Positions 26,361 to 42,307 of a DNA stretch of 64,000 nucleotides are shown here, piece after piece. The notes beneath the pieces were generated by a model, which had not been told where the DNA came from, searched no databases, and worked only from the letters and a program-made list of their open reading frames with translations. The position numbers and the translations under genes are program-made. The DNA comes from Trichoplax adhaerens (taxonomy: Eukaryota; Animalia; Placozoa), in NCBI RefSeq assembly GCF_000150275.1, contig NW_002060943.1, positions 4,298,008 through 4,362,007 of the forward strand. The letters are read 5' to 3'. Numbering within the stretch: position 1 is the first letter of the stretch; the number at the start of each line of letters is the position of its first letter.

Positions 26361-28404
26361 TTGCAATATTTCACTTTGAACACACACTTAGGAAGTTCAA
26401 TATGAAATCAAGTGTCCATACTGGTTATTATTATAATTTTGACTTGTTTAATACCATGATAAGTACGTAGGTTACATGTACTGTATTTTGATAACTCATT
26501 GACGCTATTCGAAAAAAAAGAAAACCGATGTACGAGTGTAATACACACTTATTACACAGTGAGCAATACGGCCTATTAAATGCTTACATTTGACTACCGG
26601 TGTCTGCTGGATGATGATTTTATTAAGTTGTGAGATTGGATTTACGGTTAAAATTCGACGATTCTCTTATAATCGGTAATTATACAGTATTATCTAGGCG
26701 ATCATAAGTTATTACATCATCTCCTGTAAATCTGCTTTGATAGTATATCGCCTTAGCATTGACGTAAACCTTGAAGCAGATATCTTTAGTATTGACTAAT
26801 ATCTATCGGATTACCGCACCAACGTCGTTGTGTAATTTTACAATCGATAAATAATAGAATTACATAACCATGATAACGATGTTACCTAAAACAATACAAT
26901 ACATGAATTAACCCTAAGACAGTAAAATATAGTATAATACTGGGACCCCAAGTTAGTCTTTATAATTAAAGTTGAATATAGTCGTATATGAATGTACGTA
27001 TTGAAATACTGCATTTGGTTAATGAATTTGTAGATGGTGCTTTGATCAAAGGCGGCTTTCGTTGTCAGTATGTCTAGTGTAACATACCATATCGATAAAG
27101 TGTATTCTCCAAAAATTCTCGACGAACTTTGTTCCTTGAATCGTCATTATATTTCGGTGTTTTCGATAGTTGCAACTTTTCCACAGGATTATAATATAGT
27201 AGTGATATCATACGCTCCGAAAACTTAAGAAGTATATGAAAGAGGTAGACATGATCGATATGAAATTTCCTACCAGGACATGAAGATAGGAGTTAGTGAT
27301 TGAGCACCTTTGCTATGCAAGAGAGTCCTTGATTGAATACCATCACGAGGACAATCGGAAAATAATAGTGCCTTAATTGAGACAATTTTTGCTATCCTCT
27401 GTAAGATACGTCACGGGCTACGTTTAGAACTACGTTTATTTCAGAGCTGGTAACAGCTTAAATACAAATAACAACGATACATACAGTGACATGAATGATA
27501 AGAAGCGACATACATTACGGAACATGAATATGATATGTATTAGATAGAGATAACATAAATACCTTAAATACTATCTACATTTTCCACTAACCAACTGATT
27601 TAGTATCAAGATAACGGATAATAATATATATGAAGTCGTTTAATAAGTGCATACAAACCCTTTACAATAATCTAATCATTCTTCTGATAAGAAGCGGCAA
27701 AGTTACAGAATTATAATGATAGGATAATAATGTAAATTGTCATTTTTCTGTTGGGTAATGGCTTCAGTACGTTATCGATATAATTGGCCTACATTGACCA
27801 AGAATGAATGCAATAAGTGGTCGATTATGTTGTGTTCGAATGGTTACCACTCCCACACAACAGTATAATAGGGCTATAGTTAAAATTTGCATCAAAGCTA
27901 GGATTATTATATTATATGCCTGAGTCATTGATTCCATTGTAGTAAGGCATGGCTGACTGCTACTAGCAGTTTAATTGTTAGGAGACGTAAATAATAATAG
28001 CTAGAAAGCTTTAGGCATTTATTACACGACATTCATACATATAAACAATGTATCAGGTAGAGCTTTAGACATTTTGTTGTATTATAAAATAAATTTTGAT
28101 AGTGGAAAACATTTAGTAATAACGACTGTTGTAATTATCAGTTACAAAAACAGTTACTGTGTTTCTTTACTGATCATTAGTCAGATAGTGAGACACAAAA
28201 AGGATTATAAAAAAATAACGAGATAGTGCTTTTTTTATTTAAAGGAAAAAACTTTATCGCTTTGAGTGACTACTTTACGTGATTGTAGATTTACATTTAC
28301 TTCTAATACTTTAAGATAAATATTAACTAAACATAGTAATATTATCCGGATTGATTGAATTCTCGAAAATATTGCAGTTTATTTTCTTCAAGTGTTTGAT
28401 AGAT

Positions 28405-29470
28405 ATGGCCTCTTCTTTTTCGGTAGAAAATATTTTACGTCCAAGGGACTGCGTTCCTCATCAAATTAAAAATTCATCTTCAAATGTTAATGCCAAAGAC
28501 AATTTTGCCTATAATTATCATCTGACGAGAGCATACGAAGATAATAGTCAAGGACAGGATCAAGATATGGTTATCCGGCATCAATCTAAAATGACACTGC
28601 TTGAATCTATTGAGAGAAGTCGAAACAAAGTAGAAGAATCTGTATATTCGTCTGGTCATTATAACAGTGACAAAAGTAGTTCATGCACTATTAAAGAAGA
28701 AAAATGTTACGAAAGCGGTAAGTCTGATATTACCACTTTAAAGTGTTTGTGCTGAGAAAAGTATAAGCAACATTAGGAATTTGGCATCAGATTTTTAATT
28801 ATTAAAATTAGTGAATGATACCGTATTGATCCTATACCAGTTTTCAAATAGACTGAGCTATCGATTTACTAGAATACCTTAGCAAAATTTATTAGTAATT
28901 AGCGAATTAATTTCTGTTAAAATTCTTCCAGTAATGCACTGTTTAGCTCATTTAAAGTCTTGATAAAGCTTCTATTTGGGAATTCTCTATTTAGAGCATG
29001 GCGATAAGGACTATGATGGCAAAGAGAGTGACGGCAAGCGGCGTTGTTCCAAAAGAAGAATCTTATTTACTCAAATGCAAGTTAGTGAGCTTGAGAAACG
29101 CTTTAAGCGGCAACGCTATCTCTCCGCACAAGAACGCGAACATCTAGCTAAATTAATTGATTTAACTCCGACACAAGTTAAAATTTGGTTTCAAGTAAGT
29201 TTGCGGGTGCAAATATCTATAGTATAATTTTGCCTAGAGTTTGTTTTTTAACATTTATTAATTTTTGTTTCGCCGAAAAAGAATCATAGGTACAAGTGTA
29301 AACGACAATTTCGGGAACGGAATGAGAAAGAAAAAGTTATGCCGCATTGTATGACACTTCCTTACTACTTACCGAATACTACTCTTCGAAATTATGCATT
29401 GCCGGCTGCCGTCTATACATATCCATCGCCGTCCCAGTTCTACTACGGTTCTATGTGGGGACAATACTAA
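28405..29470 (+). CDS. NKX2: NK2-class homeobox gene A (233 aa, 3 exons)
   Basis: Exons 28405-28717, 28995-29194, 29282-29470(TAA). N-terminal TN/eh1 motif SSFSVENIL. Homeodomain [48 protein letters not shown]|NHRYKCKRQ with His52 and Tyr54. Tyr-rich C-terminus; no NK2-SD. Confidence 0.95.
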
Positions 29471-32400
29471 GTAGTATTACGAGATGGACATAATTTATGG
29501 AATATGGTTATTTATTTACTGTATGTACAATTTTACAACAAGAGAGATAGAGCTGCGGATTATTTGTCTTGCTTGACAAATATGATTTAGTTTTTTTTTT
29601 AAATAGTTATCTAGATTTAGTGATAGATAAGTGAAAGTATGCGATACATATATTAAAAGTACGTGATGTCGGGCAACGACCTTTGCGTACCGGTATGTTC
29701 ATAAGATATACATAATATACCGTAATTAAATGTTGTAACCGAAACAATCCCTTATGATATCAGTTCGTACGTAATGTGTTTGGAACAGATTTGGAAAAAT
29801 TTGAATTAATTGCAATTTTCTTACTGCCCACAATCTGTGCTTTTCGATTTCGATAATTGTTGATGCCACGATTGATTCTACAATAATAATTAGTATCATC
29901 TTTTCATTTTAATCCTGATAAGGTGAACCTTAACTGTGATTAATTCTGGTCGTCTTATTTGGATAGTAATTTAAATATCCGATAGTAGGTCTTACTGGAA
30001 AGCTACTACCGCAGATATCAATGTAGTATTTATAATTGGATTATTTTTAAACTCCTAAAGTATGCAATGGAGTTAAATTGATCATATTACAGGTTTCTGT
30101 AACTAATTTTATTGACTTTGAATAACAAAATAGATTTTTACTATATAATAGTATTATTATATTCGTAGCAGGTCAATAAATACAGTAAGTGTATAGGTTC
30201 AGGCTGAGATTCTGTAACCACTTATTGATTAATGAATGCTATGATAAGTTTGCTAATTGCTCTAATAAAAATTTACTAATTCTCGTAACTATTTCAATTT
30301 GATTAAATCCTATTTCATGAATGGAGAAATCAGTTTTTGAAAGGTATTATAATCTATCTCTTTAATTAATTGTCACTTATGCCAAGCTTATCAAATATCG
30401 AAGAGATACAAAGATTACTGATAGATTGAAAGATTGAATTAGATGTATTTAGAATGCAATACAATTTATGACTATGAAGTTACGGAATTCTAGCATCAAA
30501 TCCACCTAAACTTTCTCATCAGTAAAAAAATAAACTACTTTACTTCAATATCAATATAGTAATTAACTTATTATTTTAGATGTTATTCGCATACAGGATT
30601 CCGTCCATTGATTCCACTTTGGGAAAATTAATAAGGATAATTACTTTAATTAAAAAAAGTGTTAGAATTAACAATAGGCTTGATACTTGAATAATATTGT
30701 GGGAATGACTTTTATTCAATGGCTTGATTGCAATTGTTAATAAACTAACAATGGATTGTCGGTTGAACTTTTTTGCATAGAGAAATAAAATGCATGGATT
30801 GAAGTAGATTTACCATACATAAAATATAGTTTTGCTTTAGTGGCCCTTAGCAAGAGGTAACAGATTTTCTTCAATCTACTTACTGCTTGTATTTATAACT
30901 TCATGCGTTACGATGAGGACATCGGTGATTTGGCTGTTATGTCCATATGAATCTTAGTCCAGCATTTATGCCAGCGCGTAAACATGTCTAATCTTAAAAG
31001 GATATACAAGAGATAGTTGAATATAGTTATCGAAAATAATTGAAATGTACACAAGCTTCAGACAGTTAAGACGCAAAACTCATTAGCACCTATTATAACA
31101 TGACGACAAACGCCGTCAAAACAGATTCAACTCGTCCGTTTGTTTGCTGAAGCAATTATATTGGTACTATCGGTGCCCCTGTGATCGATATAAAGGGCTA
31201 TCATTTGGACTGAAATAATGTATTACTTACAGCATTTAATGTATGAGACTGCCGCCATCAAATTTTAATTATTTGCTTACCCTGATTAATTTGCTATTGT
31301 TGGTTAAAATTTCTGTAATGCTAAGAGCACTGTAGTTTGATCGCTTCTATTATCACTAATATGTTGGTTACATCATAAAAGTCATATATTGATATTGTTA
31401 ATTATTAATTTGATGATTGCCTTGATTTTTTAATACGAGGAGGAGATAAATCTTAACAGTAGAATATACTAACGTATAGTACTTGGATTTCTAACTGATG
31501 AAAAGAGAATTCCTGATCGCATAAAATGATATCGTTAGGACACGTCTAAATTACACTGGCAATCAGGACGCTACTCCATTTTACGCGTGTGTTGTTTTTC
31601 TTCTACTGCAATCAACAAAGGTATCCTCATGAATGCCAGTATCTACTATAAGTACCATCTTTATTCGTTGACAGGTTCGTTAGGCTATGTTATGACATAT
31701 TTTATCGTCTATGACAATCGTTTACTTGATCTTTCACGATAATTGTCACAACGATGAAATAGTTACCCCTTGTTGATGGCTATAAGTTGAAATGCAACAT
31801 TGAATTATTATAACAATAAAAAGATCAAGTGATTTCAATTACATTTAGACATTACTTTAATATTTTGTATTGTAATGATTAAATAATTGTTTTTTATTAA
31901 AATCGTTCTTATTTACGGACAATAGTCTTTCATTTAGCATTGATATTGTATAGGTTAATAGTTATGTTGATAATCTATGATGGCCTTTGATATTCCCTTT
32001 TATTACATCACCTGTCATCGTCATCAAGGTTTTAGACCACATTATGACATTTTCAAGGACGCACTTCTTAAATGTTGAATATAACAGTTTAACTTTGATT
32101 ATTCTGTTGGTATCAAATTTTTTTCAATGAAAAAAGTGTAATGGAAACAGTAGAAAATACTCTAAGGACATTGACGGCAATCTTGACAAAATTATCCCGG
32201 TCCAGTTGTCAAGGTTCTAGTAAATGTCTTGCTTATTAAGCATGGATATTGAAAAGTCGAATAAGAAATAGAGTCTAAAGCTATTAGAGATTTAGAGATA
32301 CTGCAAGTTTATTACGGAAAGTACTAGCTAACTAGAAATTGTTACACTTTCTAGTAAATCAAATTACATTATTTGAACTACGGTAGATACAGTCCTATAG

Positions 32401-35400
32401 TAGGACAAGAAAATATAAATATTACTAAGTACCTAGTAAAGACGACTCTATTTTATCGTATTTAATTTTCATGAACTGTAAGTACAGTCATGCCATAATT
32501 TGAATTTATAAAATTAGTATCAGTAATGGAATTATATTAGAACTGCAATAACTGGACCTGAATTGCTATTGATTTTACGTGATTACCCTTGCTTATTACG
32601 GAAAATATGATTGAATTAAAAATTCGACTCATAATATCCTAATATTTGCCTTATTTGCGAGAAATAGTGCAATCTTTACTGATATTTAAAAATGGCATAT
32701 TATTAATTTAATGCTCGCTATAAGATGTAAAGTGTGGACTATGAATTATATGGGTAAATAATTTAACTTTTTAGATACACAGCATATCTAAAGTTCACTC
32801 TTAAGACAAGCTCTTACAGAAGTTATTATATTTGGCTTTTATTAATGCATGGCTTAGTTTTATTGTTATTTAAATTGATATTTATACTGTTTAATTAGTT
32901 TAAATGCCTTGAGCAAGTTAGACGACATCTTTCATGATTATGCCTGAAGGAGTTTATTATCAGGCAAAGTAATAGCGAATAAAGCTATGTGATTGTTGCA
33001 TAAAAATCACGGTTGAAATCGATGAGAAAGTTACAAGTTTAGTAGAAGTATTTAAAAAAGTAGTATATTGAAAGGTAATTTACGGAAGGAAAGTAGAAAA
33101 ATTAATTTAATTTTGCGTTCAAATCCATCAATCATCGTGATTCAGTACAGTTGTTTACAAAAATTTTCTACAAATTAAATAATCTTCCAGATTACCTCTT
33201 AATCATGATTGCATGAGGCATTCTAGTACTAGTATTTGTTCGAAGCGAACAATGATAATTTTGTTACAGTTAATTAACAATATCACAAAATTACGAAAAG
33301 CAATTGAAGTTGAAAAATATGCCTGCAAGGCCTTTCACCAGTAATTAATTTTCTAGCAATCGCTCTTTTCAATTTAATTGTTCATATTACGTAATATTGT
33401 TTAAGGTCCAGCTTAACAATTACAATTATATCATTTAAATCAGACATATTATCTTTATAATTTTAATCGCGAATATGAAGTTGCTATTTTAGCGTATACA
33501 CAAGAAGAAAAAAGCCCTGCTAAAATGTTGTGATTGGTTTTATCAAGTGAGCTCTTTTGATTTTTTATTTGGAAGGAATTGGTACAGCCATCTTGATAAA
33601 GTAGTTTATGAAGTGGTTTAACAAATATGCTCTTGACTTCATTACGTTAGTTCATTGTTCAAAGGCACTAATGAAGGAGAAATGAGTAAAAACCGTATGA
33701 TTTCCCATTAATAACAATTGGTGCAATCTTACATTGTGAACGAATATGTTGGCCATTATAATGATAATGTCAGCAGATCAAATTGTTACGTAACAATTAA
33801 TATAAGGCGATTTTTTTCTCAAGTAGTTTTTCTTGTTTTTAGAAAGGATAAAAGTATTTTGATCACTGTGGTAACAGATCAAATGTTACAAACTAGTAAA
33901 ATGTCTTTTCATCTACTTACAGCTGTTAGTATTAGTACTGTACTAATTATAATTATATTTTATTATAGTTACATGACATGATAGTAAAATTACACAGAAA
34001 ACTGCAGTAACCTTCTTTCCTGCCTATTTTCATAGAAACCATGGAGCTTACTTATTTGTTTGACGTGAATGAACATAGATGTAGTTAATGACTGTTACGT
34101 TCTCATTCATGCTTATGTCTTCAAATGCTTTCTAATCATTTTGTCAATGATAATAGGACTTTAAATTTTACCTTCTGATTAATTTGAAGATCAATCGTTA
34201 ATCATTTTGCATTAAATAACTAAGATTAATTACTACTAATAAAAATATCAAGATGAGAATAAAATTGCCCTTGAGTGATATGTTCTCGTAACTCTGATCC
34301 TTCAAGATTAATGGATATTATAATTTGTTGAACTTAAATTCTTTCTTAAAGCTTATGACCTGCCATAACGCTGATATAGCAATAACGAAGTCTGTTAATT
34401 TGTCTTACCTTACTCAATTTACTCTTTGTCTTACAATACTCCGTATACCAATAAAAGAATAAATGACATTTCGAACAAAAACTGTTTATAATAACGTATT
34501 GATCTCTAACAGCTGTAATTTGTAACAATAAGTTATACCAGTCATTATACTTTCAGTAGTTCTTCATTCAATTGCATTGACCGGCGCTTAAATTATCTTA
34601 AATGACATTGCCTAGTAGAAATAAGATAGATTGACGGCTTTGATGATATTTCTTGTATTCGAATTAAGAACTTAATTAACGTCAAAGTTGGTTAAGTTTG
34701 CACATTACAGTATACAGCTACTGCCCTACAATCTATCTAATATGTACATAAATCCTTCAGGTTAGCAACGAAAATATTCATATTTAGGATGATTCTACCG
34801 CCTGTTTGTAATAGGACGAGTATACTTTTACAACACGATTTCAATTGTATCCATAGTCGGTGTAATTAGAAACTTTGCATTTACTTTAGCAGGTAAAGCA
34901 CAGTAACATTGTCGCTATATATCATGACATGGGATGTCTAAGAGACATTTAAAGATTCCGTAGTTTCTTTCAAGTAGCATAGTATGTATTTGCATACTCC
35001 TATATCATATAATATGTAGACATATCTAGTACTAATATAGCGCAAATGGTTTATACTGCCTTTATTGTAAGACCACGAAATGAATTTTTAGCCCATCGAT
35101 TTCCATATAGATGGGTCATAGCCGTAAAATTAACTAATGTTTACCTGCTGATAGTTGAATTCTTAGAACATGATAATTACTATTTTAAATTCTCCTCCGC
35201 CTTACATTTTGTATACAGATTTGATTGCAAAGAGTTACGTTATTATTTAATTATAGTACAAACTGTAGGCTATGGGAATGAATGACTAGAAATGAACTAT
35301 AAAGTGTGATTAAAATGTCCATTCTCATAATCGGTTACTTTCGTTTAAAGAAAAACTTGGTTTTACTGAGAATAGGAAAGTTCATAATACCGTAGAGATT

Positions 35401-38400
35401 TCATGGATACTTTCTATGAAGCTGTTAGATAAGTTATTGTTGTCAACACGTTATTTAGAAATATTTTTGATGTAACTTAAAAATAATACCAAATCTAGGA
35501 CTGTTAACAATAATAGTTAGATATGAGTAATGTTCAAGATCTTTCAAGTATATTGATTTCAGTTTTGTAGAATGTAATACTAATCATAGAATTTTGTTTT
35601 CATACTAATTTCTGTAAGCGTTATACGATCTTACTCGCAATCTTTATATTATAAACAAATTAGATAACGTATTTAACCAGCTACATTTTTCTGTAGTTAA
35701 ATATTCTTAGCTCTTCTATTCTAAGATCTACTATTGCAAGAATTTTTCTTTGTCTGTTAGAGCTTGTTGTACTATTGCTTAGTATCTCAATCGTTCGGGA
35801 ATCAGTACCGTGATAAAATCGATTATTATAAAATACTTTGTTGTTATCTATAAATTGAATAGAGTTAGTAGGACAGGTTTAGTTACAATTCTATTCTGGT
35901 TAAGTTCTTATTATCGTGGTGACTTCCGTCTCCGGTTTACTCTGTACAAATTCGTCATCTAGACTGTCGCTAAGTAAGAATATATTCTGCTTAATTGCGG
36001 CTTCATACATAAATATCATTACACATTTAATACACTTAGAAGGCGGCTATTTTAAGTTCATTTTATCTACGAATTTTTCAAATCTTTTTCCTTTATCTAT
36101 TCCTATCCTTGAAACAAATGAGATCTATAGTCCTAATACTATATGTGTTCCAGTTCCTTAATCTACGATATTTGATGCCCTAGGTTAAGAATTTCATAAG
36201 AAAATAGAAATATTACAAATGCCTTAGCGAATTATACTCAATTAAATAAGTTAGTCCTACGAGTACAGCACCTGATCCGCTCCGGAACTCGAATTGATCT
36301 GCTGACTAAGAGACAAAAGGCTGTTATGAAATAAATAAACTAATTTGATTCAATACTAGTATTCTAGATCAAGGTGACCTGACTTTAATTGCTTCTGACG
36401 AATTTACTCTTGTATTAAGATAGCAAGGACTTGATATCTTAATCTTGCCTTCAGTAATGAATTATCTTATAAATGTAAGCAAAAGTCAGATGATTTTATG
36501 AAATTGAATGGCTAGCGCGTATGTGTTTATTTTGTCGGTTAAAAAGTAATTTTTGCCACTTAATACTTCATTCGACATGTTGTCTAATATTTGCTAATGT
36601 AGAGTTAATGTTTGGCTCTATATTTGCTGTATTACATAAAACTTAGCAATGCAAACAAGCTCATTAATTACTATTTAAACATAATCTAATTGTATCAAGC
36701 TTTAAGCTTAAGTATTAGAGTGATATTGTTGAGCCCGGAAATAAGTTCGGAAATGGGATTCTGCACATGACACTAGTAACAGTTTATTGAAGCAACTGTA
36801 ATAGCATCGACAGTATCGAACACAAGAATATCAGCCAGACATTACATTTGCAACGTATAGAGCATGTTACATTCTGGTGTACGGATAAGTATAGAACTTG
36901 ATAAACCGTCTATATGGATCAGAACACCTTTATTAAGCATGCAGATATACTATATAATTGCGAAAGGATAGATACTTTGTAGATGTAATTTTTGGCCTGA
37001 TTCTCGGTAATTTACGAGTAACGTCTAGAGTTGCCGTCCTACGAAATTGCTATATAATTCCTTAGAAAACTATTGACAGTTCTCGACAGTGAGAAAATTA
37101 AAAATTTATAGATATCTATCAAAACTCAGTAGTTGGAACAACAAAAATACAAGTCAATTTAAGACACAAAGTCAAGTTTTGAACTAAAGTCGTTAATAAC
37201 AGTTATCTTTATTTTAAGAGATATTCTGGTTATATAGAAAACGTCTATACGTAAACATGTTATTATTGCTATCTCTATCTTTTAATTTAGTGTTCATCAT
37301 CCTAGTAAATATGTAGACGGATTTTCCTACGTTATTCCACTGTTTCTTAGACTCTTGTCTAGAACAACGTTCGGCAACTATAGCATTAAACATATAACCA
37401 TAAACTTAATATCAAAATTCTCTAAAAATAGTTTTACTAAATTTAGTATCAGTAAGGTATCGGTATATCATCAAATGCATAAGGATCTTCTAAAAACATA
37501 AATGTCCTATTTTAAGACCTATTTTTACTTAAGTATATTATGATATCCAAAATTATAAAATTTATACTTAACAATACTAAGGGTATTGTAGCAATTTCAT
37601 ATAAATTTTCTACGATTTGTGATACTGCATTTTTAGATGCAAGAGTTTGGTTTACATATAATGCAATGAAAAGCTGTAAATAATTTTAGATTCGCTTCGT
37701 TATTGCAATAACGCTTCCACATTAAGGTATATTTTTGGCGTATCTTTTAAAGGTATTTCCTGTTCGGTCCAAGCGAATTACTAAAAGAATTTGATGCCCT
37801 AATTTTTCATGCTTAGATTAATGAAACGCTTATTTGCCGCTATTTATTTTTTATTTCTATTACATAATGGCGTGCAATAACCAAGATTAAATTGACCTCT
37901 CAAATGTTGTTTAGTAAAGTCATTAATATTACGTACGGTGCTTTACATAAAGTATAGTCGTTGGAAGAGTGCATTAGCACCAATTAATTTCTAGAAGTAA
38001 AATTCTGGATTAAAGCTGATAAATTTCTATGCCGGTAACTATAGCTTAGAAATTAATGGATACAATTCCAGTCATTTTTAATTTCTTTACTTACATTAAT
38101 GCTAAGATTGGAAATAAAATACTATTAAGCTGTCGATATCTAAATTATAAATCAATAACATTATCATCAAGTGATTAGAACTTTCATGTTCGAGAATTAT
38201 TGCTTAGAGCTCGAATAAACCTTATTAACACGCAAGATTCCAAATTGTACTTTGATAGGTTTAAAAAGATTATCACCTTTATTTTCTGATAGAGTAAATT
38301 TTAAGATGAAGAGTTAAGCTACCACCTTAGTTGGTTTCAGTAGATATTTCATAATCCTTTATAACGCTGCATTGTATATTAGATCATGATTATCATATTC

Positions 38401-41400
38401 ATCTATAACATATTACAGTAATTCTATGTTCAAATATTAATAAAAGCTGTACATCACATCTCTATCGTTACGAGATTCTCTTAATCATCTAAAAGTATCA
38501 TTAAGTATGATTTGTTACTAATCTATTGTACCACTATTAATTTCTCTATAGTGATAATTTAATCATCTATATCCTGCTGAATAAGTAATGAAAAAAATTC
38601 AATAACCAGGTGTGCATTTAGTATTAAAGAATTATTATTTAAATCTTTAATGATCAGATGAGAAATTTAAATATCAACAAATGAACCCTTGTCAGCTAGA
38701 TCAAAGAACATTACTCGAATAGAGTATCTATAATACTTAGATATGGATTAATAAGATGAACATATGATTTGGCCACTTACGATATAATTCGGGTTTTAGA
38801 AAGAGGTAATTGTTAATGTTAAAGTAATGAAGACCGTGATCTGTTTATTGCAACAAAATAATCGACGAATCTTATAATCTTAATTCCTTATCACGATTTC
38901 GCTATATAAATATATTTAAAGGAAATGACATGAATTTTTGATTATTATGGAAGTTGAATCAGTCTATATGCATTTAGGTTAAAATCATTGCACACATTGA
39001 TATACTTAAAATAAAATATAGGGCGTCTCTTTTGACAGTGCTGCTACTAAGTTTGATAGCATATATGGTCTACAACTTTACATATCACTTTACGAATATA
39101 ATAGAATTATTAAGTTAAAATTAATTATAAAGTTCAATAAATTGATTAGGCACAATCTATTATATTAAATTAGAAGTAAATACCTTAATGAAATTAATAC
39201 AATCTGCGGAGATATTGATAGCAATTTATGCAGTGGATTCAACTTGATTAAAAAAGCAATAACTTCCTCAGTTAATATAATTACGTAATGAAGATCTTAT
39301 TTGTCTGAATAGTAAAATACTGATATTCCATATTATAGATACCTGCAATGCAATCCTTCAGAATTTATCTAAAGTACATCATATCGATATCTACTTTTAC
39401 AAAATAAGGAAGTACCTAACTATCTCAGAAATGAGCAATACTTTCCGATGATTTGCAATCACATCCTTCAGTAACAAGCGCAATATTATTACGAAATAAC
39501 ATTTGAAAATTATATTTCACAGTCAAGGAGGCGCGTAGATTCGAGATAGGCTTTTTGCAATAACAATTTAAATTCCCTATTTCCATTGCTTTTATTAAAG
39601 GTTTATCAACAACTTAATCGTTTTATTTGCTAGCCGTAAATTACATGCACATATGTTATCAACGGAAGCCATATTACTATACCTAATTGAAATTAAGGTA
39701 TTAAATTGTATTAAAATTTCTCTGAAATATCAACAATTCAAGAGAGTACTTTAGAATGCAATTATTTTTCGAGATCATTCAACTTCATCAAGAAGATACT
39801 AACTTCATATATTTGATGTTGGATATGTTGATAAAAGCGGCTTCTTTCACTTTTACGTTGATTAAAATTCTTTGTAGGCCACCTTTTTACAGTCGTTATA
39901 CAACTAGAAAGCTTCGCTTCTAAGCATATTAATTTTTAGTAAATTTTAGGAGAAGTAAGAACTTCCTGTATTTCTGTGGTATCTACTCTTATTCCTAAAG
40001 CTTTGTCAGTAGCATGTTATCATCGTAAGTGTTTACATCATCGTTGTTTCCGATTGCTATTAAGACAAATTCATTCGATGTTTCTATCATAAGTATTTGT
40101 TTAGGTGACAAGGTTCGCGTATCTACGATTTTGCCAATTAATTAATAGTGATTCAGAGATCATCTTGGCAATATCTTACGACCTATAAAGAGAATGTCAC
40201 AATAATGACCTTAGGCAACGGATACAATAAAAGACTACAAATAATATTTCCGCCGTCGATAGATCTTATGATTAGTGACATTCATACTCCGACAAAATTT
40301 CTGTAATTAGCCATATTTAAGTATTTCCTGTACTTTGGAACAAAATTTTAATTATTATAGACAGACATAATGAATAAAAATAAATTTTTTAAATGCAAGA
40401 TTGAGGTCTGTTAGGAAACTGCTTGAATATAGATCTGTATATACGACAAATGACCGGATTAACTCAATTTTTATGTATTAAGCAGGAATAACCGTAATAG
40501 ATGAAATTAGTAATGCCATAGGCTATATATATACAGTATACACAAAGTCAGCGAATGATACATAATTGGGTGAAGTTTTTTTATCTCTTTAATCCACGCT
40601 TTGCACTCTTTTACTGAGTGCAATTTTAGGATCACTCCTGGTGTCGAAAATTTTCTTTTAAGTGTAGCAATCTCATTTATAATTGTTCTCATTGCGTTTA
40701 GCGTAATATTTATGACTTTGATATTGACTTATTTTATTCTTGAACCCAATGCTATTGTTGTCTCCATTTTAATTTGATTCAGTTTAATGCAGTAATGAAT
40801 TTCAGGACTTTTTACTATATATGCATTAGCGTCATTACTAGTATCCGTAATAATTCTTTTACAAGCTTTAAATTTTTACGTTAGTACCTACTGCTTAGAG
40901 GGACAGAGTAAAATAATTGATCAATATTTCAATAATGGCATTACTTGTGCCACAGCTGTTGAATAACAATTGATTTAGCTGATGTACTGATGAGAATCTA
41001 TTTAGCTGATAGGATAATATAGTAATACAATAATCTATTAAATAATAATAGATATAGAATTAATTAGGTCAACATCGACGAAGAGGTTAGCAAATGGTTA
41101 ATCGCAGATAAACAGATTATAATTAATAGAATGTCGATTTGATAATGGCTTGTATCATAAGATAATTGATAATAATATTTTAATTGTCTTAAAATTTCAT
41201 ATACTTTTCATAGAGGATGACACTAATCATGTTTAATCCAATGGGAAATTGATTATTTTTTCACGTGTTTACAAATAGAATCGCTGTGGCTCTGTTTTAC
41301 TTATAATGGCTATAATATGATCTATTTTGTATATTGATATCTCTTATCCAAATATATTTTATATTCTTTCATTTCTAAACATATTTTGGTAATAATAGAG

Positions 41401-42307
41401 GTAAAAAAATTAAAAAATAGCACTTTTGTCCATTAAAGTGAATAAAAGGTCTTAGCAGATACAGCCTAATATTGTCTGAAGACTAATTGGAAAGGCAGCA
41501 GACGAAGAAATCTTGTGAGTACAGAAAAAGTGACAAATTTAAATTCAGCTTGACTTCGTTCAAGCATTATTGATCCATTTCAATCATCTATATTTATATG
41601 CTGAATATTGTTTGATACTCTTAATTGCACTTATCTCATCTAAATACAACAGGTAAAAAAATTCAAGAGGGAAAACAACCTTTTCTTTTATAAGGCGATT
41701 GATCTGGTTAGCTATTAAGGTGTAAGGTAAGACCTAACTTATAATCGATATCGCTACAATTTTAACAATAGAAAGTGTTTTAAAGTCTTAGATACTGTAG
41801 GTAGATTTGCAGTAGCCACTTGAATTGATTATTCTGTAACTGAGTAGTCAATTCTATTCAGGTTATTCGAACATTTTGAAATATTCTATAAAATTAAGAG
41901 AATAAGAAAGATTACCTTAACATCACTCTTTTAAATGATACTGTTGATGCAATTGTTGATTTATCGATTACAGCTGAAGTTCGAAAATTAGCTATCATTT
42001 GGTTTAAAGTTGATTTTATGTGAAACTTGATATATCATTGTGATTTCTTAATTATTGAAAGATATATATCTGTTCTTAAGTAATAGATTTATTAATCTTA
42101 TCTTTGATCTAGTAAGTTTGATTGCGAAGTTTCCTTAGATTTTCTTTCTTGATATAATATTTTAACATTATAGGAAGAAAATTTTTTTCGGGTGATAATA
42201 TCGTGTTTGAGTATACCATATTGATTTGCTACCATAGCCTGCATTTTAGCTAACGTTAAGCTTAGCCTTATTCTCTTCGTCATCCATTATTGCTGCTATT
42301 ATCGATT

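Noticed and set aside
33718-36161. Short hydrophobic ORFs (33718, 34346, 35046, 35916) and similar ones at 47162, 48766, 51594, 57205, 59189
   Set aside because: Ile/Leu/Phe/Tyr-rich translations typical of AT-rich non-coding DNA, with no motifs and no consistent exon chain.
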